Shown: positions 1 to 12,658 of the stretch, piece by piece
Position numbering within the stretch: position 1 is the first letter of the stretch
How the letters are laid out: every line of letters begins with the position of its first letter
DNA from: Tricharina praecox
Lineage: Eukaryota
Direction: 5' to 3'
DNA length: 64,000 nt
Assembly (NCBI RefSeq): GCF_024521635.1
Contig: NW_026250413.1
Span: 1,116,001-1,180,000, forward strand
Program-made: the position numbers and the translations under genes
The notes under the pieces: generated by a model
What the model was told of the DNA's origin: nothing
The model's input: the letters and a program-made list of their open reading frames with translations, nothing else
Database searches by the model: none

Positions 1-2
1 CC

Positions 3-623
3 GGGCTCGCGCACGGACTAACGCACTACATCCCGCACCGCCTGATCGGCCCACCACACGCCCTCAGCTTCGGCGCAAGCTTTTCCGCGCTGATCACCGC
101 GTCCGGTGCGGAACTGCGCTCGCTCACGCTCGAGACCCCGCCCGCAACCGATGGTGCTGCGCGCTGGGTGCGCGTGCACCTGCCGCTGCTGGAAGCGCTA
201 CGCGCGCTCACCGTCGTGTCGCATGGCGCGCCGGACGCGGAGACGGCGGGGATGCTGGCTGCGGTTAGGGAATTCTTGGGGCCGCTGCGGGTTAAAGAGT
301 TGCGGCTGCATGTAAATGTTGAGGCCGAGGTGCTGGCGGAGGTACTGCGGGGTGTGCAGTTGGAGTGTTTGGAGGTTGTGGGGTTAGCGTTTAGGAATTG
401 CGGGAGTCTATGCGGGTTTTGTGCGGTGCTGGAGGGGATGCCGGGGCTGCGGGAGGTTAGGATTGGCGGGTGGAGGGGAGGGATCAAGGGGTTGGTGGGG
501 GAGGGGTGGGATGAGACACGGGATGTGGCGAGGAGCATGATTGGCGATGCCGTGCTGCAGGCTGTGCCGAGCGGGTGTAAAGTGTCGATTGATTTTCCAA
601 GGCGGTATGGTGGTGGTAACTAG
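3..623 (+). CDS. 3' part of a hypothetical protein with leucine-rich-repeat-like segments (possible F-box/LRR type); 5' end lies outside the window
   Basis: The frame is open from position 3 to TAG at 621-623. It contains LxxLxL-like segments (ELRSLTLE, ALRALTVV, VKELRLH, LECLEVV, GLREVRIG) and converges on the 3' end of the next gene. Confidence 0.5.
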   Translation, partial: GLAHGLTHYIPHRLIGPPHALSFGASFSALITASGAELRSLTLETPPATDGAARWVRVHLPLLEALRALTVVSHGAPDAETAGMLAAVREFLGPLRVKELRLHVNVEAEVLAEVLRGVQLECLEVVGLAFRNCGSLCGFCAVLEGMPGLREVRIGGWRGGIKGLVGEGWDETRDVARSMIGDAVLQAVPSGCKVSIDFPRRYGGGN

Positions 624-770
624 TGGTGGTAGTCATGGCCTCATACTCGGCAGCCAACACCATTCAGATTTCATACATTATCATCCGAAAGAAAAGGTAT
701 CTACAAAGTAAACAAGAACTCCAGCCATATAACCCACGACATCGCACATAACACATTCCACATAACGCAA

Positions 771-3700
771 TCAGCTGCCATCCCACTCGACGCCGACGCC
801 GACGGCCCACTCGCCCTCGACGCCCGCCCCCCAGTCCGCCACCTCCTCGTCCTCCAAGAACCGCAGCACCTCCTCCTCACTGACGATCCCCGCCTCGCCA
901 TCCCGCTCGAGTCTAAACACCTCACGCGCCACTCCCTTGACCTGTTCCAGCACCTCTGTCGCACCGCCCCACACACACCCCAGCGTTTTCAACGCCCCAA
1001 CGCCGAGTCGTATGCGCTCCTTTGCCAGGAATCCTTCATCGCCGCTCAATAGCCAGGAGCATGCCGAGAGGTGCACGATGCAGGCAAGGGTTACGATGCA
1101 AGTCAGGAAGGGTGTGTGTTTTATTAGTGGCGTGGGAAGGGTAACCAGCTTTGCGATCGTGTTGGCGCTGGCGATGGTGCGTGCCGTGTGCAACGCCATG
1201 GGCTTGGTCGAGGGTGTCCATGAGGGCTGCGGCGTCACGCTGGTGTCGTCGGGGATCAATGGGAAGGCAAGGTGTGATTTTGGCCGGTTGAGGTAGATTA
1301 TTGCGCTTGACAAGTGTCAGTGAGGAAGATGGATATGGGGTAAGCGGGACATACGCATTTATAACCATGTGCGCCTGAAACAACATCTCATCCACCCTTC
1401 TCTCACGGCCTTTGACGAGCTCTTTCTTGACCTCTGGCAGATGCAAGCCCCAATTGACCAAACTGGCATCGGCGGCATCAGCGCGCGTTTCATCCGGTGT
1501 GCCCATCATGCTAACACTCAGCACCTGTCCCAGGATCCTGACAGCCTCGACACGGTACGCAAAGCTGCTAAACACCGTATTCTCGGTAGCAAAGTATCGG
1601 TCGTCGAATTCCTGCAGCGAGTGCGGTTCCGGTATCCGTCCTGCCGCATAGTCCAGCTCTTCGCACGGGAGCGGGACAGTACACTCCACGCTCCAGAGTT
1701 TGAAGTTATCTCTCTGGTGCACACCGGCCATGAGGCCGTCGACGAAATAGAGCTCCCACCAGGTGCGCCGCCACGATTCTTCCAGCACCCGTCCCGGATC
1801 CCCACCGCCTACACCCCCGCCGGTCCCGTCGGAAAACTCCTTCTGGTTCATGCCGAGCTCGAGGGCTAGCTCGACGGCGAAATCCTTCACCTGTGCGGCA
1901 CGTGCATGGTCACCTTCGCTGTGCAGGCCGATGGTGAACAGCAGTAGTGCTTGGACGGTGAAGGCGTCCTTCGCAGGAGGATGGGCGCTGCCAAACAATG
2001 CCATCTCGGCCTCGCGACAGAAATCCATCGTCGATGCGGCTTTGGCGAAGAAACTGGCAATGTACCTCATCACCGGAAGGAGGACGGTGAGCTGGTGGAC
2101 GGGTGTTTTGATTAGGTATGCGGGAGGGAGACAGAATGGGTGCGAGGCGTGGAAGTAGGCGTAATATAGCTGCATCAGGTTTGCGGTTGCGGGCGGGTCA
2201 TTGGGGAGCTCTTGTTGTGATGGGAAAAAGGTGGAATACTTGTGTTGGTTGCGCAGGGTCTCGAGGGGGTTCGTATGGGGACCGCCATTGACGGCCGACG
2301 GACTGAAGCCGCCCGTTGGTATCGGAGGTGGGGGCGTGTGATTCTTTTTGGGCTTCGCGGGGGATTGTGGTTGTGGTGGTTGCGATTGTGGTGGTGGTGG
2401 TGGTGGTGGTGGTGGTGGTGCTAATGGACGAGTCCACCGGTTAGTATTCGATAACGTCCATGACATTGGCGGTCTGCGCTGCTTGGATTTCAAGACGGCG
2501 GTGCGTCCGAGCTTTGCTATAGGAGCGGGCATGCATGTGGATGTGGATGAGGGCTTCTGCGGTCTGATCTCCAGAGAGGGCATGATGGCCGGCGGCGATA
2601 TAAGAGACGAGACAGACGTTCGATATGCAGGGCAAGAAAAAGTAAAGCGGTTGCGGAGATGACGAGGTGAGGGAACGGTCGAGGTAGGTATATCAACAAG
2701 CACCAACTGAGGTAACGCAGACAATATACTGCATGCAATCCGGAAGTACAATGCCGTGCTCTTGCTTCTGGGTATTGGATTGCCTTGCGACATATACACA
2801 TCTTATTGTGCGAGAAATATGACGTGAGGAACGCAGTTTTTATGTAACTATTTGCAGGGAGGAAGGGGGAATCCGCACTTTTACCTCCCTGGCAGCGCCG
2901 GTGGAGAAAAGGTTGCGCGCACGTGGGAGTGGGGAGAGGGAGGGAGATCGATGAAGCGAAGCGACGGGATAGGCGACAGACGAGACGCTTGGACCACGTC
3001 CACGTTGCCCAAAGATCAAAAAAGAAACATCGGTCGCCGATGAGCGAGAGGAGGCGTTACACGTCTTTTCCGCGGAGATGAGGCACCGTTGGGTAAAAGG
3101 CACCTCAACCCGTCCATTCATCCACCATCTCACTTCGACAACCCACGATCACCGTTGTCGGCGACAATGCGAGAGAGAAAGCGGAAGAGAAAGACAGGCA
3201 TCCGCGAAGAATGCCCCAGAACGGCGAATGGCTCGTGGCGACAGCTTCGCTTGGATAGGCCGAAAGGAGGAGGAATAGAGGAAGAAAACGGAGGAAGGAG
3301 GGAGGGCCAGGGCATCGGCGTCTCAACGACGGCGACCGGCGCACGGCGGACGGCGGACGACGGACGGCTATGTTCTTCCGTGGAACCACGAGAAAGAGAA
3401 GGCAGACAAACACAACCAACGCAAGGCAAGGCAGGAAAGCGAGCAAAGCTCAAAGCGCAAAGCAGCACAAAAATAATAATCGGGGAGATGCGACGGAGAA
3501 AAAAAGCAGAAATAAAGTTTTCAACTTACCACTTGAGTATCCTCCATCCGGCCCTTCAGTATCGGTTCCGGACAGTAGCGTTGTTGACTGCTCCGTTGCA
3601 TCACCATTTTTGATCTCATCGCCCTCCACCCCACCCCCACCGCCACCGCCACCAGCCTTCGTCGTCGCTGCCGCCTGCTGCTGAACTTTCTTCCGTCTTG

Positions 3701-4268
3701 TACCCTTCCACCCCCGCCGCGACTTGACGTAATTACACTCCCGCTTGTCGGCGAGGCACCGAGTGCACGCCGGCGTTCCGGCATCGCACTTGAGATGTCT
3801 TGACCGACACTCCGTGCACGCCAGTGCCACCGGCGGCGGTCCCACGAACCTCGCTATCCGCTGGTACTGCTGCTGTACCGTCGCACTGAGCCCTCCTCCG
3901 TCACCACCGCCGCTACCACCCTGTCCAGCAACGGACGACACCCCCGAGCTCCCCGGCGCTTGCTGTATCGATGTAGTATTCGCGATTCCGTTGTAGAGTT
4001 GCGCGGGCGGCGACTGCGACGAGGCATTGTATCGACGCTGGGCGTAGGCGGGTGCGCCGCCCATTCGCTGCGAGGGCCGGTAGCCGAAATCGAAGCTGTT
4101 GCTGGCCGCGCTCGAGTAGCCCGCTTCGTGGTCCGAGTAGTCCGTCAGGTTGTTGCTGGTGCCCTCGATGTCGGACGAAGACGAGTAGCCAGATAGCTGG
4201 CTGTTGGGCTGATTGTATATTCCGTAGGATGTGCCGGCATTGCCGGGCGCGGGAGGAGCGTACGACAT
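771..4268 (-). CDS. Zn(II)2Cys6 transcription factor with fungal-specific TF domain (3 exons: 4268-3530, 2420-1355, 1305-771)
   Basis: Zinc cluster ACTECRSRHLKCDAGTPACTRCLADKRECNY and middle homology region (YYAYFHASHPF; EESWRRTWWELYFVD). Introns 3529-2421 (GTAAGT..CTAAC..TAG) and 1354-1306 (GTATGT..CTGAC..AAG) both join the exons in frame. Confidence 0.9.
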
Positions 4269-7126
4269 GATTATGGCTGCGTGCCAGTTCGTGCGGCGGG
4301 GGCGTGCGAGAGAGGGTGTGGACGATGGCCGAGGAGGGAAAGAAAGAAAGAAAGAAAAAAGCGGGAGCTGAGGGGAGAGCTGTTTGTTTGTTTGTGTCCG
4401 CGGTCGTCGCCCTCGGTTCCCACAATCCCAACGATACAAGGTCGCAGATAGGATGGGTATCAGGTATGACCGATCGTCTGCAGGTGGTTCCACGCGTGGG
4501 GATGCGCTTGCAAGAACTACTTCCGGGATGCGCAGGAATAGGGTAAGTAAGTAGTTCGGTAGAGTAGGTGGAAGGGCGATGAGCTCCAGAGAAAGGGAAG
4601 GGTCCTCCAACGAAACAACCGTCGAGATATGTGGTAATGAAATGTGATTAGGGGTGTAGTAGTGGTGAAATTCTTCTTGAGCTGATCTTCGAATATCCCT
4701 TGTGAAACAGAACAGCAAAAGCAACCTTTCCACGTCCAGTGAGTCTCACTGCGACCTCTGGATCTGGGGAAGTATCGGCTTGTTTTTGTTTTTGTTTTTT
4801 TGGCTTCCGTAATCCCCTTTTTCCCCCTACTGGCCGACTGATAATCCTCCGTTGGCTAGATGGAGAGAGGGGAGAGATAGATAGTGGAAGCAGTAACTAG
4901 CAGTGGTGGTGGTAGTGTCGGTGGGCCAACAGCAATAGCAGCAGAGTGGTTAGTGGGAGGTACCTGGAGTAGGCGGCCTGGTAGCACGATGAGCACACGA
5001 GACTCGTCAACGATAAGATCGTCTCGCCTCACGGGCCCGTTCCCTCTCTCGGGATGGCGTGGGGCCTGTCCGAGTGGTGATTTTGAGGCGGGCGGCTTGA
5101 ATGATTAACACGCCTCGACGAGTAACGAGTCGACGATCGATCGCGGCCGCCGTCGATATGATAGCCCGCACTCTCCCGTGCGTGCTTGCGTGGTAGCCGG
5201 CCGGGCTGGCTGTCCGGTTGATGCTGCACCACACTTGTCAATGACCATTACGAGATAAAAACCAACCGGGCCACACCACCGCGCCGCGCCGCGTCCAACG
5301 CTGCCGCCGTTCCGAGAAGCTCGGTCGTTGACAGCTGCAGGAGCGTGTCCCTGAAACCAGCCGCCCGGCGGACCTCTCGCCTGTTCAGGGACGGGGGGAG
5401 GGGCAGCGCGGCAAGCGTGTAAAGTGGTGGGGTATGTAATGCGGGCGATAGGGTGGGGAGTATGGAGTGGGTAAGAGAAAGCAGTAGTGGTAATAACAAG
5501 CAATAGCGGCAGTAGCAAAGCAGTGGTGATGAGTTACCGTAATTGGTAGTACCGGCGGGATGAAGGAGAAGATGACGATGACGATGCTGAAGGTTTAGAG
5601 TGCAATAATAACTAGTCCCCGATACCATGGGTCGGATAGGTGGATGGATGGATGGATGAATAGATGGATCGGTGATCAAAAAATTGCTACTCCTTCTTCG
5701 TCTTCTTCTTTCGCTTCTTCGGCTTCTTTCTGACTTCTTTCAGGCTTCTTCTTTTTCCTTCTTGCCCTTGTTCTTGCCTGTTGGTCTACAGTCGGCCTTA
5801 GTTACTCTCCTCTCCGCAAGCACGTGTGCGCGACGAGCGAAGCCGACCACGATAATGCTGCTGGGGCGGCGAAAGGCGTGGATGGACGGGGTGGGAACAC
5901 GGCAATGGGGAGAGACTCGGAAGAACAATTCACTTCCACTGGAACTCCAGAAACAAAGTCAGCACGCCCGGATTTTCTTTCAGCTCAGCTCTGTAGATAA
6001 TCTGCAGAGCTGCCTAACCTCCGACGTCAAGCAGAGCAGAGTAGAGCAGAGCAGATCGAGTCGAACCATCAGCGCCGTCATAGATTCGGAACGGACCTTT
6101 GTTTTCTACTTTTCGGGTTTCGCGGCTCGTGAAGCGAGAAGAAGGCTGGAAGCGACGCCACGAACCGGATGATCCGATTGGTATGTGGCCGGGACCTGTC
6201 TCGGGTTGCTGGGAATCTCGAGCGATGACGGCGGCTGGATGCGTAAGAAAACGTGACGAGCGTGTGTATAATGCGTGAGATGGTATGGGGGGAGGGGGGG
6301 ATTGGTGGTGGTGGCGGAGAAGGAGATATGTGCTCGAGGTCGGCGTCTTTCTAGGATGCAGTTCGGCGACTAAGAGAGACAAGTGGGACGAATCCGGGGG
6401 GTAGGGACGAATGCGGGGCGGAAGGGGGGGGGATGGTACTGGTTGTGGCAGAACGGAGAGGCGGAGAGAGAGCCACACGCACACGATGGAATGGACTGTG
6501 GTGAGGAAATTCGACGAGCAGAGAGGATGGCGGGTTCGTCAGGTCGCCGAGCACACCGTTCACAGACAGGATCAGGGGTTGTCGGCGAAGAAGGGAGTTG
6601 GGGGGTGGGTGATTGTTGAATGGGGCGGTGGCAGCAGTACTATACTATAGTGCTGCTGCTGATGCTGCTGGCGGAGGTTCGGTAGAGTAGGGGATTTGGG
6701 TGGTGTAGCTGGCCAATCCGGGTGGTGGGGAAGATATGCGAAGCCTTTTCACTGAGGACCGCTTTTGATTTCTTCTTTCTGCGGATGCATTTGGCCACGG
6801 TTTGCGCGGGGGATTGATTAGGGGGGCCTTGGGGATTTCTGGGGGAGGGTGGGCGTGTCTGCCAGGCTGTCCGTCTGCGGCGGGGGTTGTGTTGTGGGAA
6901 GGCAGGTGTCAGTGAGGGGGCGGGGGGTGGAGGGGCATTGGGGCACTGGGGCAATAGGTACTCTACCGGTATCTATCTCGGCGGAGGTGGGACGACACGG
7001 TTGTTCGTCTCATGGCACTGGGCGTAGATGCTGTCTGCTGTACCCGGCTAGCGAACAGAATCAACGTTCAATGCACACCATTGCAGCACAACCTCGGTGG
7101 TGATGGTGGTGGGCGGACGGACAGAC

Positions 7127-7295
7127 GATATCTTTGCTGCCGATTGCCTTCCCACCACCCCCCAATCAGATGCTGTCGATATCGCTGCTGCCGATTACCT
7201 CCCCCCCACCCCCAGCCAGATACCGTCGATTTCTCTGCTGGCGATTGTCTCCCCTCCCCCACCCCCACCCCCGGCCAGATGCCGTGGATATCGCC
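7127..7295. repeat. Degenerate tandem repeat, about 3.2 units of 50-59 bp
   Basis: Units start at 7127, 7178, 7228 and 7287. Each reads GAT(A/T)TC..TGCTG(C/G)CGATT, then a C-rich tract, then CAGAT(G/A)C(T/C)GT. Confidence 0.8.
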
Positions 7296-7480
7296 CTCCA
7301 TCTGCGTGTGGGTGGTGTGCTCCGAAAACACTGGCCGGATAATTGGTATAAACTCGTGGAAATGTCCGTACGGTGCGAGAACGTTCGCGATGGCCACTTG
7401 CCCGCCGAGACCGTCCGGCGTGACTGTGGAATCGGCACAGTTTCGCATCGACGCCGGGAATGCGAAATGGATGGGAGGGG

Positions 7481-7595
7481 TTGAGTTGAGTTGAGTTGAG
7501 TTGAGTTGAGTTGAGTTGAGTTGAGTTGAGTTGAGTTGAGTTGAGTTGAGTTGAGTTGAGTTGAGTTGAGTTGAGTTGAGTTGAATTGAATTGAC
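7481..7595. repeat. (TTGAG)20 pentanucleotide microsatellite with three degenerate units
   Basis: Perfect TTGAG repeats at 7481-7580, then TTGAA TTGAA TTGAC. Confidence 0.98.
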
Positions 7596-8100
7596 TCTTG
7601 AGGGCCAGCTAGGTCTTCTTCGAATGACGATCGGATGCGATGTGCGATAGCCACCGACCAACCGACCGACCGACCGGGACTCGAATCGAGTAGACAACTG
7701 GAAGACGCCCCCTCCAACCACACCGAGCACCGCAGCCCACCCATCCTCACCGTGGCCATGTCAGGACTCGAGACTCGAGGGTACGAAAGACACACCAGAC
7801 ATCGTCCCATCGCCCCAACGTCCCCGGCACGGAACTGCACCTGCGAAATTCCGACACTCGCTCAGGTACCTACATCATACCTCGTCTCGTCGGCCATTTT
7901 CCGTGCGCTGAGCGACTCGAGGCGACTGCGCATGCAGGGCTGATTTGACCCACGCGAATCACCGATATCAACCCCCCTCCACACTTCACACGACACACTG
8001 CAGTGCACACTTCACCCCCGCTCCTACTGCCGAACTGACAGACGCTCACCACCACCACCACCACCTGCCGCGACCAACGGATAAGAGCATCGTCATCCCG

Positions 8101-8190
8101 TCGAATTTCTTGGAGCCCCCCTCCCTTCGAATTTCCTGGAGCCCCCCTCCCTTCGAATTTCCTGGAGCCCCCCCCCCCCCCCCCCCCCCC
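8101..8190. repeat. 26-bp tandem repeat x3 ending in a poly-C tract
   Basis: TCGAATTTC(T/C)TGGAGCCCCCCTCCCT at 8101 and 8127, with a third copy at 8153 running into poly-C. Confidence 0.9.
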
Positions 8191-8479
8191 AATTGAATTT
8201 CCTCCTCCTCCTCCTCCTCCTCCGGAACAGAACAAAGGCGCCGCTCGTCTCTAACTCTCGTCCCCCCACCACGTGATTTTCGGAAGACCAAACGAACTCA
8301 AACGGAAGTAAAGGAGTAACTCGGAAGCGAGGGCGCTTCTGCCTTCTGGGGAGGGGGGCCGGGGGTGGCTAACTACTGCACAATGGCGGGCATTTGGCCG
8401 GCTTATCGCATTCGCTATCAGTGATTCAGTGGTCGAGCGAACGCACGACGGAAAAAGAAAGAAAAAGAAAGAAAGGAAA

Positions 8480-8516
<37 letters not shown>

Positions 8517-11299
8517 GAAAAAAAGAAAATACGATAATGACCCCCGCAGGGCGATATGTGGGGGGAACTGGAACTGAAACATTCGCTGCTCAGTGCTCAT
8601 CCCACGTTCTGCGAGTGGCGACAACAGGAACAGTGATGAGTGGTACTTAGAGTAGCAACCCTTCCTTCCCTTCTCCCCGTCGTGGCCCGCAAACGAGACC
8701 TCGGCGCGAGTCCTGTGGAGTACCGGTAGGACAGCACCCTCCCTTCCGTCTCGTGTTCACTGGCCTTGGCAAGAACACAAATGCAGACATCGATATCAAT
8801 ATCAGCGGATCATCTACCGTACTATACTCTCACACGGTTGCTATCGGCATCAATCCATCGTCTACATATCATACCTACCGTATCCCCCACGGCCACCGAT
8901 TTGCAATAACGATTGCGTTACCCCCATCCTGCGCACCCTAACATACTCTACCTACACCAAACCAACCAACCAACCAACCCACCCCGGCGGTGATCAGCGC
9001 GCGCCTTTGCCGGCGGCCGGCGGCCACTTTGGCCTTTGACGTTGGAATGATATTTTCCCTGGGGGTGGCCGGGCCAGCCGGCCTGCAGGCGAACCATAAC
9101 CACAACCTCGAATCCACTGGTAACGACCTAGGTAGATAACTGCGTCAAAGATACACGCAGGGGGCGGACGCCGGACCTGGCAACAGATCTGCTCCCCACC
9201 AGGCATGGGTAACTCCCAATCGTGTGTAGAGTAGAATACAAAAACGTGACTTGGTGATTTCGCCACTCGCCGTGGGCTGGACGCGTCCGAGCTGGTTATC
9301 GGTCGTGGGGTTCGTGGAGCTCGCTCGGTGAACACTGAACAGTGGACACGAAGCACGTGCACAATGTCAGGTGCCAAGTGCCAAGACTGAGGCCGAAAGC
9401 GGGTGATGAGCTGTGAACTACAAAGTCGGACAGCGCCGTTGGTGAGACTGCTTCAAACTCCAAACCCCCACCGTCTTCCCCTGATGTCTTGCTATCCTCG
9501 TGCACCGAAATCCGCCTGGAGCGGTGGGATCGATGTCGAAACTGCCACGACTCGCGGGCTTCTCCGACGCACCTGGGTAGCCAAGTCATCGAATCGAGAA
9601 TCGAGATCTCACCTGCCCACTCTAGTCTCCAGAGTAGACGCAGACGCAGACGCGTGAGTCCCATTCCATCCGACAGTCGACAGATCTTGCCATGCCATGG
9701 CCCATGGCTGAGTGCCAGTCAAGCAGCCGGGGCTGGGGCCGGTACCGACCGAGCGGTGCTCTGTACTTGGGTATGTGGCAGGATCGCGCGGCGGGAGATC
9801 TCCGCGCCTACTATGTAGAGTACCTAACAGTAGGGTGGCGATTCAAGCGCTCCGTGGGGGGAGTGGAGTGGGGGAGAGTGAGGAGTGGGGAGTGAGGAGT
9901 GGGGGGGGAGTGGGGTTCAACTTGCAGGTAGTACTCGCAGGTGTGTAACACTGGCAGTCCGTGTATGAAATGTCGCAACCGTTGATTCGGTTCGGTTCGG
10001 TGATCACGCCGACTACATACTGGGTTCTATCGCTGCCAACCAGAAGCGCCGACTAAAATGCAGCCGCGGTTCCCGTTCCCGTTGTTCGTTGTTCGTTGTT
10101 CGTCTGCCTACATAGCCTACCGGGATCGCCTGCGGCCTGCCTGGGTCTAGACTATGGACTACATACATGATCTTGTCAAAACATTTAACAGACCCCACCA
10201 CCTGCAGGCTGCAGCGCGTCATGAGATTCCAAAGCACACCGCCAGCTGGTCCATACCTACCTGGTATTCGGTCGAGAAACGATTGTAGGTGGGTTGGTAG
10301 GTAGGTACTTGGGTAGCTTGCGGATCGGGGCTTGCTGGATCGAGGCTACCATACAGACGGTCGTCTGGGCATCATATCATGGGGTATCACTCATATCACT
10401 CGATTTCTAGTCTGCTGTAATATCGAGTAGTTCGCTCCTTAGGCGTCCGTTCCTCGGTCGTTCGTTGCGTGGTCATGACGACGGCGGGAGCACCCTCATC
10501 CTCGACCACATGAATCAACGACTCTGGTGCATCGCATCACATCACATGTTCAAGTTTCAATGGCTCTCGATCCACCTATGTCACCTACCATCGTCTCCCC
10601 CGGCCCATCCGCTCGACACCAAACCGGGTGACGAAACCTCCGTCCAAGCAACACATTCTGGAGAATTGACGGTTGAGATCCACCGTGTTGTACCCACCTT
10701 CCGATACTCCTTACTGTCTGTTGCTGAGTTCAACAATCCACACTACATAATGTCATAACCCCCTTCGGAAGCGATAAGTCGCTCATAATCGACCCGAATC
10801 GAAGATCCTTTCTAACATAGTATACCTACCTAGTCTAGTCAAGTTCAGCAGAGAGCAAAGAGCTGTACTTAGATACAACTTCCATCCTTGATACTGCCGG
10901 TATAGAATCAACACGGAGGGTTTTGGTTTTGCTACTCGCTCCAGGCGCACACGCTTGGAATAGCTTGAATGAACAAGGCAGCTTGCGGCGTGACGAGTGC
11001 GAGCCATCGTATGTACGGTTACGACTTGGAAGCACTGCAGCGTTCGCCGTTCGCGCAACGATGGATGACTGCTGCAGGTGTGTATGCACATGGTCACTCG
11101 GTGGACGAGTATTGCGCTGTGATTGGGATCTTGGTATAGATTACCTACGCTCAGCGATTGACGATTAACGATCAATAATCACTTAGGAACAAACCAAGTT
11201 GCCAAAGCAAACTAGATCTCGATGGAGGATCCAATAATGCCATAATCCCAGAATCCACTATGTAGTAGCCTCTCTGTTTAATCCTTGAGGCCGCAATCA

Positions 11300-11890
11300 G
11301 CTTGCAATGAACTTGCAACCGGCTTCAATTGGCTTGCAGGCGGCTCGGCTTGCAATTGGCTTGCAATCAACTCAGCTCTGGGGCAGCTTCCAGCTCAACG
11401 CCCGGTCTCCCAATTTCCCGTACTCCCGAGCCGCCGTGCTCCCATACTCCCGGTCTCCCATACTCCCGGACTCCCGTGCTGAAGAAACAAAGAAACAAAG
11501 AAGCAAAGAAACAAAGAAACAAAGAAACAAGAAATAAAGAGATAAACAATTCGAGTGATCGAGTGATCGAGTGATCTAGTGAGTGAGTGATAAGCCGTGA
11601 TAAGCTTACCGCCCCGGCCCATACCGCTCCAGCGCTCCCCTCCTCTCCCCTCCGCTCCCCTCCTCTCTCTACTGTAAAGTCAACCTTTCACTCCCCACTC
11701 CAGCGACTTGCGAACCCCAAGCCCTATGGCTGCTGCAAACACCCATTCCCCCCACCATACGCACATGACCACTCCCATTGGAGAACCACCCATCACCAAC
11801 CACCAACCACCATTTACCCACCACCAACCATCAACCACCATTCACCCATCACCAACCACCAACCACCATTCACCCATCACCACCCGTGAC
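11300..11890. repeat. Cluster of consecutive short tandem repeats
   Basis: Adjacent blocks of GGCTTGCA-like, CTCCC-containing 9-mer, AAGAAACA, TCGAGTGA and ACCAACCACCATTCACCCATC-type units. Confidence 0.8.
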
Positions 11891-12000
11891 CAACCTCACC
11901 TCACCGTTGTCCTGCATGACCGTTCCCGCATGGCTGGCTAATGGCTGTCCATTGGCTGGTCAATGGATGCATTGGATGCATTGGCCCTTCATTTCATGTA

Positions 12001-12102
12001 CTGTATAGTGAAGGGGTGGGTAAAAAAATACGCTTTTTTCCGTATCGGTACGGTCAAAAGCGTATTTTTTACCCCCCACCCCCCCCCCCCTTCACTATAC
12101 AG
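12001..12102. mobile_element. 102-bp foldback element flanked by TA; MITE-like (Tc1/mariner-type target site)
   Basis: The left arm CTGTATAGTGAAGGGG..GGGTAAAAAAATACGCTTTT..CCGTA pairs with the right arm TACGG..AAAAGCGTATTTTTTACCC..CCCCTTCACTATACAG. TA lies on both sides (11999-12000 and 12103-12104). Confidence 0.65.
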
Positions 12103-12266
12103 TATGCAATCACTCGCCCAGGTCGCAACCACTCGCTTAGTCACCCATTCCAACCGCCGCGACTTACCACTCCCACCCACCGTAGCGCAGACCGTAGCAC
12201 CATGCAGCCTCACGACTCACGAGATCAACCACACGAGACCGATCACACAAAGCACAAAGCACAAAG

Positions 12267-12310
<44 letters not shown>

Positions 12311-12658
12311 AGAGAGAGAGCTCGTACGTAGAGTAGACATAAACGATATATTCCGTACACACATGAGCCACCTTTACGCTTCCCGTCCCCCTTCCCGCAA
12401 TCCTCGTCCCGCCATTCCTCCTCCCCATCCCACTACCCATCCCACCAAACTTCCCATCCCATCCCACCAATCCCACCAAACCGACCAACAAACCAACAAA
12501 CCAATCCTACAAGACCTCATAACCAAAACCTAGATGATAAATGACATGAATGCAAATCAACAACAAAAATCGCAATGTAAAATAAAACAACATGTAAAAA
12601 AAAAATAACAAACACCACCCACAAGCGCGCTGCCATGCTCCCCTACCTCGACGCGCAC

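Noticed and set aside
7481-7595. Interstitial telomere, or NSTQL-repeat protein (ORFs 7068-7730 and 7166-7840)
   Set aside because: TTGAG is not the TTAGGG repeat typical of filamentous ascomycetes. The ORFs are by-products of a stop-free microsatellite strand.
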